From assembly GCF_000172995.2 (NCBI RefSeq), contig NC_014729.1, positions 1,920,001 to 1,952,000 of the forward strand: 32,000 nt of DNA, given 5' to 3'. Shown piece by piece: positions 8,786 to 17,525 of this stretch (positions within the stretch are counted from its first letter, which is position 1; each line of letters opens with the position of its first letter). The translations under genes were made by a program, and so were the position numbers. The notes under the pieces are model-generated. The model was not told the DNA's origin. It did not search any database and was given only the letters and a program-made list of their open reading frames with translations. The DNA comes from Halogeometricum borinquense DSM 11551 (GTDB lineage: Archaea > Halobacteriota > Halobacteria > Halobacteriales > Haloferacaceae).

Positions 8786-8839
8786 CATAAAGGTACGTAC
8801 CCGATTATCAGCCGTGATTCTCGCCGGGGAGCGTTTAAG
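8786..8839. promoter_or_regulatory. Divergent cheW / cheB-operon promoter sharing one 18-bp palindromic element
   Basis: ATTATC-AGCCGT-GATTCT at 8804-8821. Exactly 12 nt to the left is TTTATG (minus strand, 8786-8791); exactly 12 nt to the right is TTTAAG (plus strand, 8834-8839). Confidence 0.5.
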
Positions 8840-8887
8840 ACCCCTACTCAGGAAGAATAGTCATAGATGAGCGGTCAGAAAGCAGTC

Positions 8888-8938
8888 AGAACGGTACTGT
8901 CCGGACGCCGGCCGTTCGCCGGACTGCGGTACCGTTCT
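8888..8938 (+). promoter_or_regulatory. Extended hairpin in the predicted cheB-operon 5' leader
   Basis: AGAACGGTAC (8888-8897) pairs with GTACCGTTCT (8929-8938). Inner GTCCGG (8899-8904) pairs with CCGGAC (8919-8924). The apical part contains GCCGGC. Confidence 0.4.
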
Positions 8939-8976
8939 TCGCACGCCGGGCGCGTGCGGCGAACAATTCGAGAGGG

Positions 8977-10161
8977 ATGTCTTCGGGGCGGGTCACAGTG
9001 AGCACCGCATCGGGGTCGAACACGGCAGACGGCACCACGCGTGCTGTCATCGTTGACGACTCACGATTCATGCGGACACTCATTCGCACCCTCCTCGAAG
9101 ACGGGGGTATCGACGTAGTCGCAGAGGCGTCTGACGGGGCTGCAGCTGTCGAAACTGTCACAGAACACGCTCCGGACGTCGTGACGATGGACATCGAGAT
9201 GCCCGAGATGAACGGCATCGAGGCGGTCGAAGCCATCATGGAGGACTGTCCGACGCCGGTGTTGATGCTCTCTGCACACGCCGAAGACGACGCCGACGTG
9301 ACGTTCGAGGCGCTCGATAAGGGTGCCGTCGATTTCGTCACGAAACCGGGTGGGGAAGTAACCTCCTCGATGCCGAGCGTCAAGCGCGAACTCGTCGAGA
9401 AGGTCCAGTCCGCTGCCGCAGTGGACCTCTCGGCGACCGAGCGAACCAAGGGTAACGTCACTACTGCGCCCTCGCGCGACAGTCAGACGGAGACAGCGAC
9501 GACGCAAACCGACCGGAGCCGCGAGCGTGAACAGACAACCTCGCCGGTGTCTCCGGAATCACGACTCAAGCGGTCGTTCCCCGACGTATCGACGCTCGTC
9601 ATCGGCGCGTCCACGGGCGGCCCGAACGTCGTCGAAGAAGTTCTCGGCGAGTTACCAGCGGACGCGAACCTCCGCATTCTCGTCGTCCAACACATGCCGG
9701 AAGGGTTCACTCGTCGGTTTGCCGACCGCCTCGACACGCGGTCGGCGTACAACGTCCAGGAGGCGACCGACGGTGAGAAAATCGGCGCTGGCGAGGCGCG
9801 CGTCGCGCCCGGCGGGTCACATCTCGTTGTTGACCGAGATCGCAGAGGCCAACTCACGCTGAAACTGACGGATACCAAACCGGTTCACGGCGTCAAGCCG
9901 GCTATCGATCTCACGATGGCATCGGCCGTCGAGACCGTCGATGGGCCGTTGGCTGGCGCTCTCCTCACCGGGATGGGACGCGACGGCGTGGACGGCATGG
10001 GCCGAATCCACGAGGCGGGCGGACACACGGTCGCACAGGACGAAGCAACGTCAGCGATTTTCGGGATGCCGATGCGGGCAATCGAAACGGGGTGCATCGA
10101 GGTCGTTGCCCCCGCGGAGAAAGTCGCATCGAGTATTCTGGACGGACTAACGGAGGACTGA
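8977..10161 (+). CDS. cheB: Chemotaxis response regulator protein-glutamate methylesterase CheB
   Basis: N-terminal receiver domain (VIVDDSRFMR ... DVVTMDIEMPEMNG ... DFVTKP), a Thr/Ser/Glu-rich linker, and a C-terminal methylesterase domain (IGASTGGP ... VVQHMPEGFT ... LTGMGRDG). Confidence 0.92.
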   Translation: MSSGRVTVSTASGSNTADGTTRAVIVDDSRFMRTLIRTLLEDGGIDVVAEASDGAAAVETVTEHAPDVVTMDIEMPEMNGIEAVEAIMEDCPTPVLMLSAHAEDDADVTFEALDKGAVDFVTKPGGEVTSSMPSVKRELVEKVQSAAAVDLSATERTKGNVTTAPSRDSQTETATTQTDRSREREQTTSPVSPESRLKRSFPDVSTLVIGASTGGPNVVEEVLGELPADANLRILVVQHMPEGFTRRFADRLDTRSAYNVQEATDGEKIGAGEARVAPGGSHLVVDRDRRGQLTLKLTDTKPVHGVKPAIDLTMASAVETVDGPLAGALLTGMGRDGVDGMGRIHEAGGHTVAQDEATSAIFGMPMRAIETGCIEVVAPAEKVASSILDGLTED

Positions 10162-10164
10162 ACC

Positions 10165-12660
10165 ATGGACGAGGAACTATACCAAGCATTCATTACCGAA
10201 TCCGAAGAGAGCATCACCCAACTGAACAATTCACTGCTCGAACTGGAGGCGAACCCCGACGATACGGAGGCCATCGACGACATCTTCCGGCAGGCCCACA
10301 CGCTGAAGGGCAACTTCGGTGCGATGGGCTTCGACAACGCCGCGACGGTCGCACACGCCGTCGAAGACCTGCTGGACGAGATCCGCCACGAGCGACTGGA
10401 GGTGACGCCCGACCGAATGGACCTCATCTTCGACGGGATGGACGAGATTCTGGACATTCTCCACGACATCGAAGAACACGGCGAGTCCAAGAGCGACCCG
10501 TCGGATCTCGTCGAGGAGATTCGCGCTGCCGCCGAAGGAGAGGGGGACGCAGCGGGAAACGAGGAGCCGGCGACGACTGAGGACACGTCTTCGCAGGGAG
10601 ACGACGCCCTCGCCGTCGCCGCAGAGACGGTAGACCCCGACAGCGACGAACTGGCCGACACGGAACTCCTCTACCACGCCGCTATCGAACTTGACGCGGG
10701 AGAGATGAAGGGCGTGGACGCGGGCCTGTTCCTTGGCGGTCTCCCGGACGACCTCGACGTAGTGGGGTCGTCACCGGACATCGACAGCATCGAAGATGGC
10801 GAGTTCGAGGACGGATTCACCCTGTTCATCGCCGGCACGCCCGAGTCGGAACTCGGCCCGCTTCTGGCCGACCAGTGGAAAGTCGAACACGCCGAACTCA
10901 CCGACGTTTCCGCCATCCTCGCTGACGATTTCGACCCTGACACGGTAGCCGAGACCGCCGACGGGACGGGCACCGAACCCGCAGACGAACCCGAAGCGGC
11001 CGAACCTGCTGTTGCGTCGGACTCCGCGTCGGATCCCGAATCCACTGACGAAGACGCAGCCGACACCGACGAGAGTGAGGACGGCGCGGTCGAACCCTCG
11101 GAGGCTGAAGCGGCCGTCGCCGCCGTCGAATCCGCTTACTCCGACTCCGAATCAGCGGACGGAAACGAGACGGACGCTGACGGCGTGGACGACTCGTCCG
11201 CCGACGAGACGACAGCCGGCACCTCCGACGGCGCATCCGCTGGAGCCGATTCGTCGGCCGCCGCAAGCGAGGAGACGGCCAACGGAGACACCGCCGAGGC
11301 GAGCGATACAGACGACTCCGACGATACCGACGACGGAGACGACGCTAGCGACGACGGTGGCAGTGACGACAGCGGGAGCGACGGTGACAAAAAGGAGTCG
11401 AAGAAGTCGGACAAAAAGGAGAAAGACCGGTCCATCTCCGCGGTCAAGTCCGTTCGCGTTGACGTCGGCCAACTCGACGAACTCCACGAACTCGTCGAGC
11501 AACTGGTTACCAGCCGTATCAAACTCCGGCAGGCGATGGAGGGAGAGGCCGACATGACGAGCGGACTCGATACGCTGGACGAGTTGGACAAGATCTCGAC
11601 GAACCTCCAGAACACGGTGATGGACATGCGTCTCATCCCGTTGAAGAAGGTGTTCGACAAGTTCCCGCGCATGGTCCGCGACATCGCGCGCGAACAGGAC
11701 AAGCGCGTCCGTTTCAAGGTCGAAGGCGAGGATATCGAACTCGACCGGACCATCCTCGACGAGATATCCGACCCGCTGATGCACGTTCTACGGAACGCCG
11801 TAGACCACGGCATCGAGCTGCCCGACGAACGTGAGGCAAACGGGAAGTCCCGAACCGGGACCGTCGAACTCGCCGCACGGCGCGAACACGACACGGTGGT
11901 TATCACGGTCTCCGACGACGGCAGTGGTATCAACGCGGACGCTCTCCGCGACAAAGTCGTCTCCGAGGGACTGGCAACGCGCGACGAACTGAACGAACTG
12001 CCGGATGAGGAGGTGTACGAGTACGTCTTCCACCCCGGTCTCTCGACCAACGACGAGATTACGGACGTGAGCGGCCGCGGTGTCGGCATGGACGTGGTGA
12101 AAACCACTGTCGAAGCGCTCGATGGCTCCGTAGGCGTGTCGAGTACCCCCGGCGAGGGGTCGGTGTTTACGATCCGACTTCCCGTCTCCGTCGCCATCAT
12201 CAAGGTGCTGTTCGTCCGCGTCGGCGAACGCGAGTTCGGCGTTCCCATCAAGTACATCGACGAGATTTCCCGTCGGCAAGCGGTCCAGACGGTCAACGGT
12301 GCGGAGGTCGTTGTCCACGAGGACGACATCTTCCCGCTCATTCGTCTCCGCGACGCTCTCGACGTGGACATCGACGAACGCGACAGCGGGATGATCGTAC
12401 GCATCCGCCCGGCCGACAGACAGGTCGCACTCCACTGCGATCACGTCACCCGACAGGAGGAAGTCGTTGTCACGCCGCTGCAAGGGCCGCTCAGCGGGAC
12501 CAACGGGCTGTCCGGTACGGCGGTCATCGGTGACGGGAACGTTATCCCTATCCTCGATGTGAGTACGCTGGAACTCCCTGAGGGCGGAAAACAGGCGATG
12601 CGCGAGTGGACGCCGCCATCGAATGAGGACTCGGGTGAAGTCGAGGAGGCGGCGGACTGA
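10165..12660 (+). CDS. cheA: Chemotaxis histidine kinase CheA with a long acidic linker
   Basis: Hpt domain with FRQAHTLKGNFGAMG, dimerisation region, HATPase boxes (HVLRNAVDHGIE, SDDGSGI, GRGVGMDVV) and a C-terminal CheW-like domain. 831 aa, including a ~170-aa Asp/Glu/Ser/Ala-rich low-complexity insert. Confidence 0.95.
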   Translation: MDEELYQAFITESEESITQLNNSLLELEANPDDTEAIDDIFRQAHTLKGNFGAMGFDNAATVAHAVEDLLDEIRHERLEVTPDRMDLIFDGMDEILDILHDIEEHGESKSDPSDLVEEIRAAAEGEGDAAGNEEPATTEDTSSQGDDALAVAAETVDPDSDELADTELLYHAAIELDAGEMKGVDAGLFLGGLPDDLDVVGSSPDIDSIEDGEFEDGFTLFIAGTPESELGPLLADQWKVEHAELTDVSAILADDFDPDTVAETADGTGTEPADEPEAAEPAVASDSASDPESTDEDAADTDESEDGAVEPSEAEAAVAAVESAYSDSESADGNETDADGVDDSSADETTAGTSDGASAGADSSAAASEETANGDTAEASDTDDSDDTDDGDDASDDGGSDDSGSDGDKKESKKSDKKEKDRSISAVKSVRVDVGQLDELHELVEQLVTSRIKLRQAMEGEADMTSGLDTLDELDKISTNLQNTVMDMRLIPLKKVFDKFPRMVRDIAREQDKRVRFKVEGEDIELDRTILDEISDPLMHVLRNAVDHGIELPDEREANGKSRTGTVELAARREHDTVVITVSDDGSGINADALRDKVVSEGLATRDELNELPDEEVYEYVFHPGLSTNDEITDVSGRGVGMDVVKTTVEALDGSVGVSSTPGEGSVFTIRLPVSVAIIKVLFVRVGEREFGVPIKYIDEISRRQAVQTVNGAEVVVHEDDIFPLIRLRDALDVDIDERDSGMIVRIRPADRQVALHCDHVTRQEEVVVTPLQGPLSGTNGLSGTAVIGDGNVIPILDVSTLELPEGGKQAMREWTPPSNEDSGEVEEAAD

Positions 12661-13490
12661 TGGCGCGAACTGACTCGTCGTCGGATCCGACGTTCCGAGA
12701 ACTGCTCGACTACGTGGAATCGTCGTTATCGTTTGCGACGAGTTCGTACAACGACGCGTACCTTGACCGGCGAATCTCTGCACGGATGCGACGACGCGGC
12801 GTCGAGAGCTACGACGAATATCAGTCGCTGCTCGACGGCGACGAAGAAGAACAGACGGCGTTGTTGAACGCGCTCAGCGTTAACGTCACCAGCTTCTTCC
12901 GCAACCCCGAGGTATGGGACGCCCTCAGAGAAGTTATCGCTGACATCGCTTCCGACGGGCGCGTCAACATCTGGAGCGCGGCCTGTTCGGACGGCCGCGA
13001 GGCATACTCGATGGCGATGCTGGCACACGACGACGACCGAATCGACCCGAACAAGGTGAAGATACTGGGAACGGACATCAAGCCTGAGATCATCCGCGCC
13101 GCACGCGCGGGCGAGTATCACGCCTCGGAGACGAACGACATTGAAGAGCAACTCGAACCGCTCTCTCAGAACAATCGGTACGTCGAACGCGATGGCGACA
13201 TCTACCGCGTGACCGACGAGGTTAAATCCCTCGTGTCGTTTCGAAAGCATGACCTCGTTCAAGAACGTCCGCCGGACACGTTCGACCTCGTGGTGTGTCG
13301 AAACCTGTTTATTTACATCAACAGTGAAGCTAAACAGGCAATATTCGATACGCTCGGATCGGCACTCACGCCGGACGGCTATCTCACTATCGGGATGACG
13401 GAGACGATTCCGCCGTCGTGCCGCGACCGGTTCGATCCGGTCGAGAAACGACTTAGAATCTACCGGAACGCGGCAAACTCGAATCCGTGA
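12660..13490 (+). CDS. cheR: Chemotaxis protein methyltransferase CheR
   Basis: CheR-type SAM methyltransferase: TSFFRNPEVWDAL, IWSAACSDGREAYSMAM, DLVVCRNLFIY. The start overlaps the cheA stop (TGATG). Confidence 0.92.
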   Translation: MARTDSSSDPTFRELLDYVESSLSFATSSYNDAYLDRRISARMRRRGVESYDEYQSLLDGDEEEQTALLNALSVNVTSFFRNPEVWDALREVIADIASDGRVNIWSAACSDGREAYSMAMLAHDDDRIDPNKVKILGTDIKPEIIRAARAGEYHASETNDIEEQLEPLSQNNRYVERDGDIYRVTDEVKSLVSFRKHDLVQERPPDTFDLVVCRNLFIYINSEAKQAIFDTLGSALTPDGYLTIGMTETIPPSCRDRFDPVEKRLRIYRNAANSNP

Positions 13491-13499
13491 AATAACACG

Positions 13500-14384
13500 A
13501 TGAAAGCTGGCGAGAAAAAGGTCGCAGACACGAACGGACGGTTCCTCCAAGTCAAGCGTGGAGGGCGGAATCTAAACGATGCAAATTGGGCGAACGGGCG
13601 CATCCTCCTTTCGAACCAGCGTCTCGTCCTCGCTGGTACTGGCGGTAAGCGGACCTTTCCACTCTCGTCGATAGAGCAACTCGGTGGCCGGTTCGACGTG
13701 AACCAGCGCATCGCAACTGTTTCCGACTACCTCGCACTCCACTACAACGACGGCGAAGACGTGGTTCTCGTCGCGCCCGCGGATTTCGAGGAGTTCGAAC
13801 TCGAACTGTACGGAGCGTTGCTCAACTCGACGCGGTTTCTCGTCCGTCACCCGGCAGTCGAGGGTGGCGTCGTTCAGAACACCGAGTGGGAGGGCGCGCG
13901 ACTGAAAGTCGAAGAGGACGCAGTCAGCATTGCGACGGTCAACGGATCGTTCGTCAACGTCCAGTTGGACGACATCGGTGACATCGAGATGGGTCGGCGG
14001 ACTGTCCGCGACGAATCTCGAGAAGTCATCGAAGTCGAGCACTCCGACGACGAGGGGACGAGTCTCCAGACGTACGTCTCCGGCCCAGAGCGTCCCGTGA
14101 ACATCCTCAAGTCGTTGTTCCAAATCGGCGAAGAGCAGTCCGAGACAGCACTCGAACTGTCACAACAGGACAAACAGGTGTTGATGGCGCTATACTCCGG
14201 TGTCTCTCCGTTCGATATCCCCGCGTTCCTCGGCATCGACGTAGACGAAGTCGAAGAGCTGTTCGTCCGACTCATCGACCACAACGTCCTTGATGAGGTA
14301 CGCATCCGCCACGAAGTCGAACTCAACGCCCGTGGCCGGTCTATCGCTGCTGACGCTATCGACGATCAAGGCGCGAACATGTGA
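13500..14384 (+). CDS. cheF: Archaea-specific chemotaxis adaptor CheF (DUF439 family), paralog 1
   Basis: 294-aa ORF directly after cheR. It is a paralog of the ORF at 14639-15775, sharing V(R/K)HPA..GG.V and a C-terminal LY(S)G ... (I/L)D..E.E helix-rich region. Size and context match CheF proteins, which link CheY-P to the archaellum. Confidence 0.75.
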   Translation: MKAGEKKVADTNGRFLQVKRGGRNLNDANWANGRILLSNQRLVLAGTGGKRTFPLSSIEQLGGRFDVNQRIATVSDYLALHYNDGEDVVLVAPADFEEFELELYGALLNSTRFLVRHPAVEGGVVQNTEWEGARLKVEEDAVSIATVNGSFVNVQLDDIGDIEMGRRTVRDESREVIEVEHSDDEGTSLQTYVSGPERPVNILKSLFQIGEEQSETALELSQQDKQVLMALYSGVSPFDIPAFLGIDVDEVEELFVRLIDHNVLDEVRIRHEVELNARGRSIAADAIDDQGANM

Positions 14385-14638
14385 CGACGGGTCGGCGCGA
14401 ACGCGTCTGACCGACCCTGACGATTGCTTCTCCGAGAAACCGAGTGACAACGCTCCGTCGTCCGAGTTTGAGACGCGCCAGCCTGACGGAAAGAGACGTA
14501 CGTGCTTGCGACTCTCCGCGATAGCGAACGGCCAGAACAGAGACGAGAACAGTTAGAACAGCCGGGAGCAGGCGACAGCAATACCAACCGAAGTCAGCAT
14601 GCAATCGCGCGCGTAGTCAAGCAATGCTGATCCCCGAT

Positions 14639-15775
14639 CTAGACGTTGACATCCTCAATCTCTTCGTTGACGACGAAGCGGCCTTGCGGCGTGAGATCAC
14701 ACGGTAACTCCTCGTCTGTGATGAGGTCGTCGTCGAACAGTTCGGCGAGGCGGTGTTCGAGTTCGTCCTCCTCAAGGTCGAGCAGCGATGCGATATCGAT
14801 CTCCGGGCCGGTCGAGTACAGGCCAACGAGTACTTCCAGCGTTTCCTCTTCGATTTCCACGTCGCGCACGTCGCTTTTGATCCAGTGGTAGATCAGGCGG
14901 AGGTAACGTCCGAGGATGTTCATCTTCCGACGCGACCCCATCGAAATCTCGGTGGTGACGGTCTGTCCGTTTTCGACGTGCTGAACCGAGAGGACGAGTC
15001 GCTTTTCGTCGTCAATCGTTCGTTCGATGACCTCGAAGAAGATGACTGACGCGAGGTCGATCTCGAACGGCTCATCGCTCTCTCCGAGAACGTCGTTGCC
15101 GGGGAAGACGACTGACTCGTAATCGAGGTGCAGGCCAGTTTCTCGCTTCGGCGTGTCCATGACTCGCCCACCGACTTTGGCGGGATGTTTGACGAGCGTC
15201 GTCGATCCGTTCAGCGCCGCGCGGAACAGTAACAGCGAGAACTTCTCGATGGTCTCCCGATCGCCCCCGATGACCGTCGTCCGACGCCGGTTACCGACGA
15301 TATAACCGACCATCACGGTGTAGTCGAAGAACTCCTCTACTTCCGGCGGGACCTGTCCGACGGCAATGTCGAAGATGGAGGTGACGGGGACGACCGTCTT
15401 TGCCTTCGACGTGACGAGAATGAGCCGGTGCTCGCTCATCAGGACGCGGCCTTTCACCGGGTCGAAGGTCGCGTCTCCACCGGCGACGAAGTTCGCCACG
15501 AAATCGACGATAATGGATTCGCCGTTCTTCGATTTGCGAAGTCGCCGCTTCTTCTCGGCCTCAGTCTCCGGTTCCTCCTCCTCTCGTTTCTTCTGCCGGT
15601 ACGCTTCGAGCAGCTCTTCGCTCTCTGCACTCGTTGGGGCAGTTTCCTCGGCTGGCGAGCCTCCTGTTCCCCCATCAGTGCGGAGCACTCTGTCCTGACC
15701 ACCACCAGTATCGGTGGGTGAGCAGCGGGCATTCGAGTTCGATACACCAGGCTTAGAGTCACTATCATCCGTCAT
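14639..15775 (-). CDS. cheF: Archaea-specific chemotaxis adaptor CheF (DUF439 family), paralog 2, with ~85-aa disordered N-terminal extension
   Basis: 378-aa ORF. Core is homologous to 13500-14384 (LILVTSKAKTVVPVTSIFDI; LVKHPAKVGGRVM). Its ATG overlaps the arlJ stop as ATGA (15772-15775), making it the last gene of the arl operon. Confidence 0.78.
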   Translation of the reverse strand: MTDDSDSKPGVSNSNARCSPTDTGGGQDRVLRTDGGTGGSPAEETAPTSAESEELLEAYRQKKREEEEPETEAEKKRRLRKSKNGESIIVDFVANFVAGGDATFDPVKGRVLMSEHRLILVTSKAKTVVPVTSIFDIAVGQVPPEVEEFFDYTVMVGYIVGNRRRTTVIGGDRETIEKFSLLLFRAALNGSTTLVKHPAKVGGRVMDTPKRETGLHLDYESVVFPGNDVLGESDEPFEIDLASVIFFEVIERTIDDEKRLVLSVQHVENGQTVTTEISMGSRRKMNILGRYLRLIYHWIKSDVRDVEIEEETLEVLVGLYSTGPEIDIASLLDLEEDELEHRLAELFDDDLITDEELPCDLTPQGRFVVNEEIEDVNV

Positions 15776-17523
15776 ACGCTAATCAGTGCTCCTGCGAGCG
15801 ATGAGGTGGCGACGGCACTCGCACAGCCGATCCATACGAGCACCACGAAGTGGAGGTAGGCGTTCGCCTTGTGTCCGCCGTCAACCATCCGAATCATCAA
15901 CGACGACAACAGCGCGTTGAAGAGGATGATGAGTGCGAGTAAGTATTCGATCAGCGGGATATCGTAGACGCCCGCGTAAATGAGTTGCCCGAACTGCATC
16001 TGTCCGAGGTTCATCTTCGTCGAGAACGAGGCCAGAATCTCTACGACCTCCAGGCCGATGAAGAACGCGAACGACGCTGACGCCGTGATACCGTAGAGGA
16101 CGCCGATAAGCGTAACCGTCGCTTGTTCACGCTGACGGCGAAGTTTGACAATCTCGTTCATGTTGCTTGAGATGAGTTCGCCGAGTTGCTTCGGCGTCCC
16201 ACCCATCTGGCGGCCGATGTTGTACATCTCACTGAACTTCTGAATGAGGTAGGAACTCGCTTCGGCGGTGAAGAAGAACCACGACCGAGTCGGGCCGATC
16301 CGCATGTTGAGGCGGACGTACAACCGGTCGATCTCCCGAGAAAGGACACCGAAGTCCTTCGTCCGGAGCGTCTTCAGGACGGCGGTCGTCGTACTCTGCT
16401 TTGCACTCTCGGAGGCACCCAGCGCGCGGATAAATCCGGGGTACTCCTCGTCACGCTCTTTGATACGGTTCTCGTGCCGCCGGGCGATGATTCCCGGAAT
16501 CGCCAAGGGCGTGAGAGGGGCGGCGATGAGTAACGGGATAGGCGTATCGAGCATGACCGACTGCACGGACTGTCCAATCGAGGTGAATCCAGCCGTTCCG
16601 AGGGCAAGGATGCCGACCAAGACGAACGAGAGCGCAACGGCACCGTAAAGTGCGATGTCTATCTGCCGGTCGGCCTTCGTCCGGTATTCGCTTTGGACGT
16701 ACCAGAGCGGGTCGTACGGCGACATCGTCTTGATGACGTAGTAGAACCCGAGTTGGACGAAGACGAACAGGACGATGACTGCGGCGATGGTCAACGTTGC
16801 GTCGGTCCCAGTGAGGATTGGCAGGACGATTGCGTTGATGACTGCGAACGTCATCGACAGAATCATCGAGAGGTAGAGGTCCTTCATGACCTCGAGGTTC
16901 CCGAGTGCGCTCTCGTAGACGGTGATGTACTTTTGGACCATTGCGCTCTGCTCACCGAGAAGGAAGTCGTCAATATCCTGCCCCGCGCTGAGCGAGTACG
17001 CGAGCCTGTCGAGGAAGTCTGCAAGCGGCTTCGATGGAACCTGCCGGGCACGACGCTCACAGGCGTCGTCAAGCGACTGGTTCCACGTATCAACCAGTTC
17101 GGTGATGCGGCGCATCTCGATGGCGAGTTCGCCGTACTCCTCTTCTTTCCCCAGTTGTCTGAACACCGACACCCGGTCGATGTTCGTCGTCGAGAGGACA
17201 GTCATGTGGGTGATGAGGAGATGCAGTTGGTTCTCTAACCCTCGGCGTTGCTCTTCGACGAGGAGACGCGGGTACAACACCGCGCCAATGAGCATGAGCG
17301 CGCCTAAAAGGAAGATCGGGATACGGACGAGTAACGGCAACGGAAGCGCAATCGCACCGGCGAGCGATGCTATGAAGAACACCACCGCAGGGAGCAACAC
17401 CACCAGACCGTAGCGTCTGATGGGCATCGGCATCCGTTCGTACGACTCCAGTACGGAGTCAAGGAACGCTCTGACTTGCTTCGTCTGCGTTCCGAACTCT
17501 TCTCCGGTACTCGCCTCGGACAT
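15772..17523 (-). CDS. arlJ: Archaellum platform membrane protein ArlJ (FlaJ)
   Basis: 583-aa polytopic membrane protein of the GspF/TadC-like type, immediately downstream of arlI. Confidence 0.9.
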   Translation of the reverse strand: MSEASTGEEFGTQTKQVRAFLDSVLESYERMPMPIRRYGLVVLLPAVVFFIASLAGAIALPLPLLVRIPIFLLGALMLIGAVLYPRLLVEEQRRGLENQLHLLITHMTVLSTTNIDRVSVFRQLGKEEEYGELAIEMRRITELVDTWNQSLDDACERRARQVPSKPLADFLDRLAYSLSAGQDIDDFLLGEQSAMVQKYITVYESALGNLEVMKDLYLSMILSMTFAVINAIVLPILTGTDATLTIAAVIVLFVFVQLGFYYVIKTMSPYDPLWYVQSEYRTKADRQIDIALYGAVALSFVLVGILALGTAGFTSIGQSVQSVMLDTPIPLLIAAPLTPLAIPGIIARRHENRIKERDEEYPGFIRALGASESAKQSTTTAVLKTLRTKDFGVLSREIDRLYVRLNMRIGPTRSWFFFTAEASSYLIQKFSEMYNIGRQMGGTPKQLGELISSNMNEIVKLRRQREQATVTLIGVLYGITASASFAFFIGLEVVEILASFSTKMNLGQMQFGQLIYAGVYDIPLIEYLLALIILFNALLSSLMIRMVDGGHKANAYLHFVVLVWIGCASAVATSSLAGALISV

Positions 17524-17525
17524 CG

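Noticed and set aside
8867-9001. 44-codon uORF (MSGQKAVRTVLSGRRPFAGLRYRS...) starting ~3 nt after the predicted cheB-operon TSS and overlapping the cheB start
   Set aside because: The product is very basic, third-position GC is only moderate (~60 percent), and most of it coincides with the leader hairpin. It is more likely non-coding leader RNA; ribosome profiling would settle it.
11136-12404. 422-aa Ser-rich ORF on the - strand, plus other antisense ORFs inside cheA/cheB (9885-10661, 11788-12783)
   Set aside because: Shadow ORFs opposite well-supported cheA/cheB/cheR genes, with low-complexity Ser/Arg composition atypical of haloarchaeal proteins.
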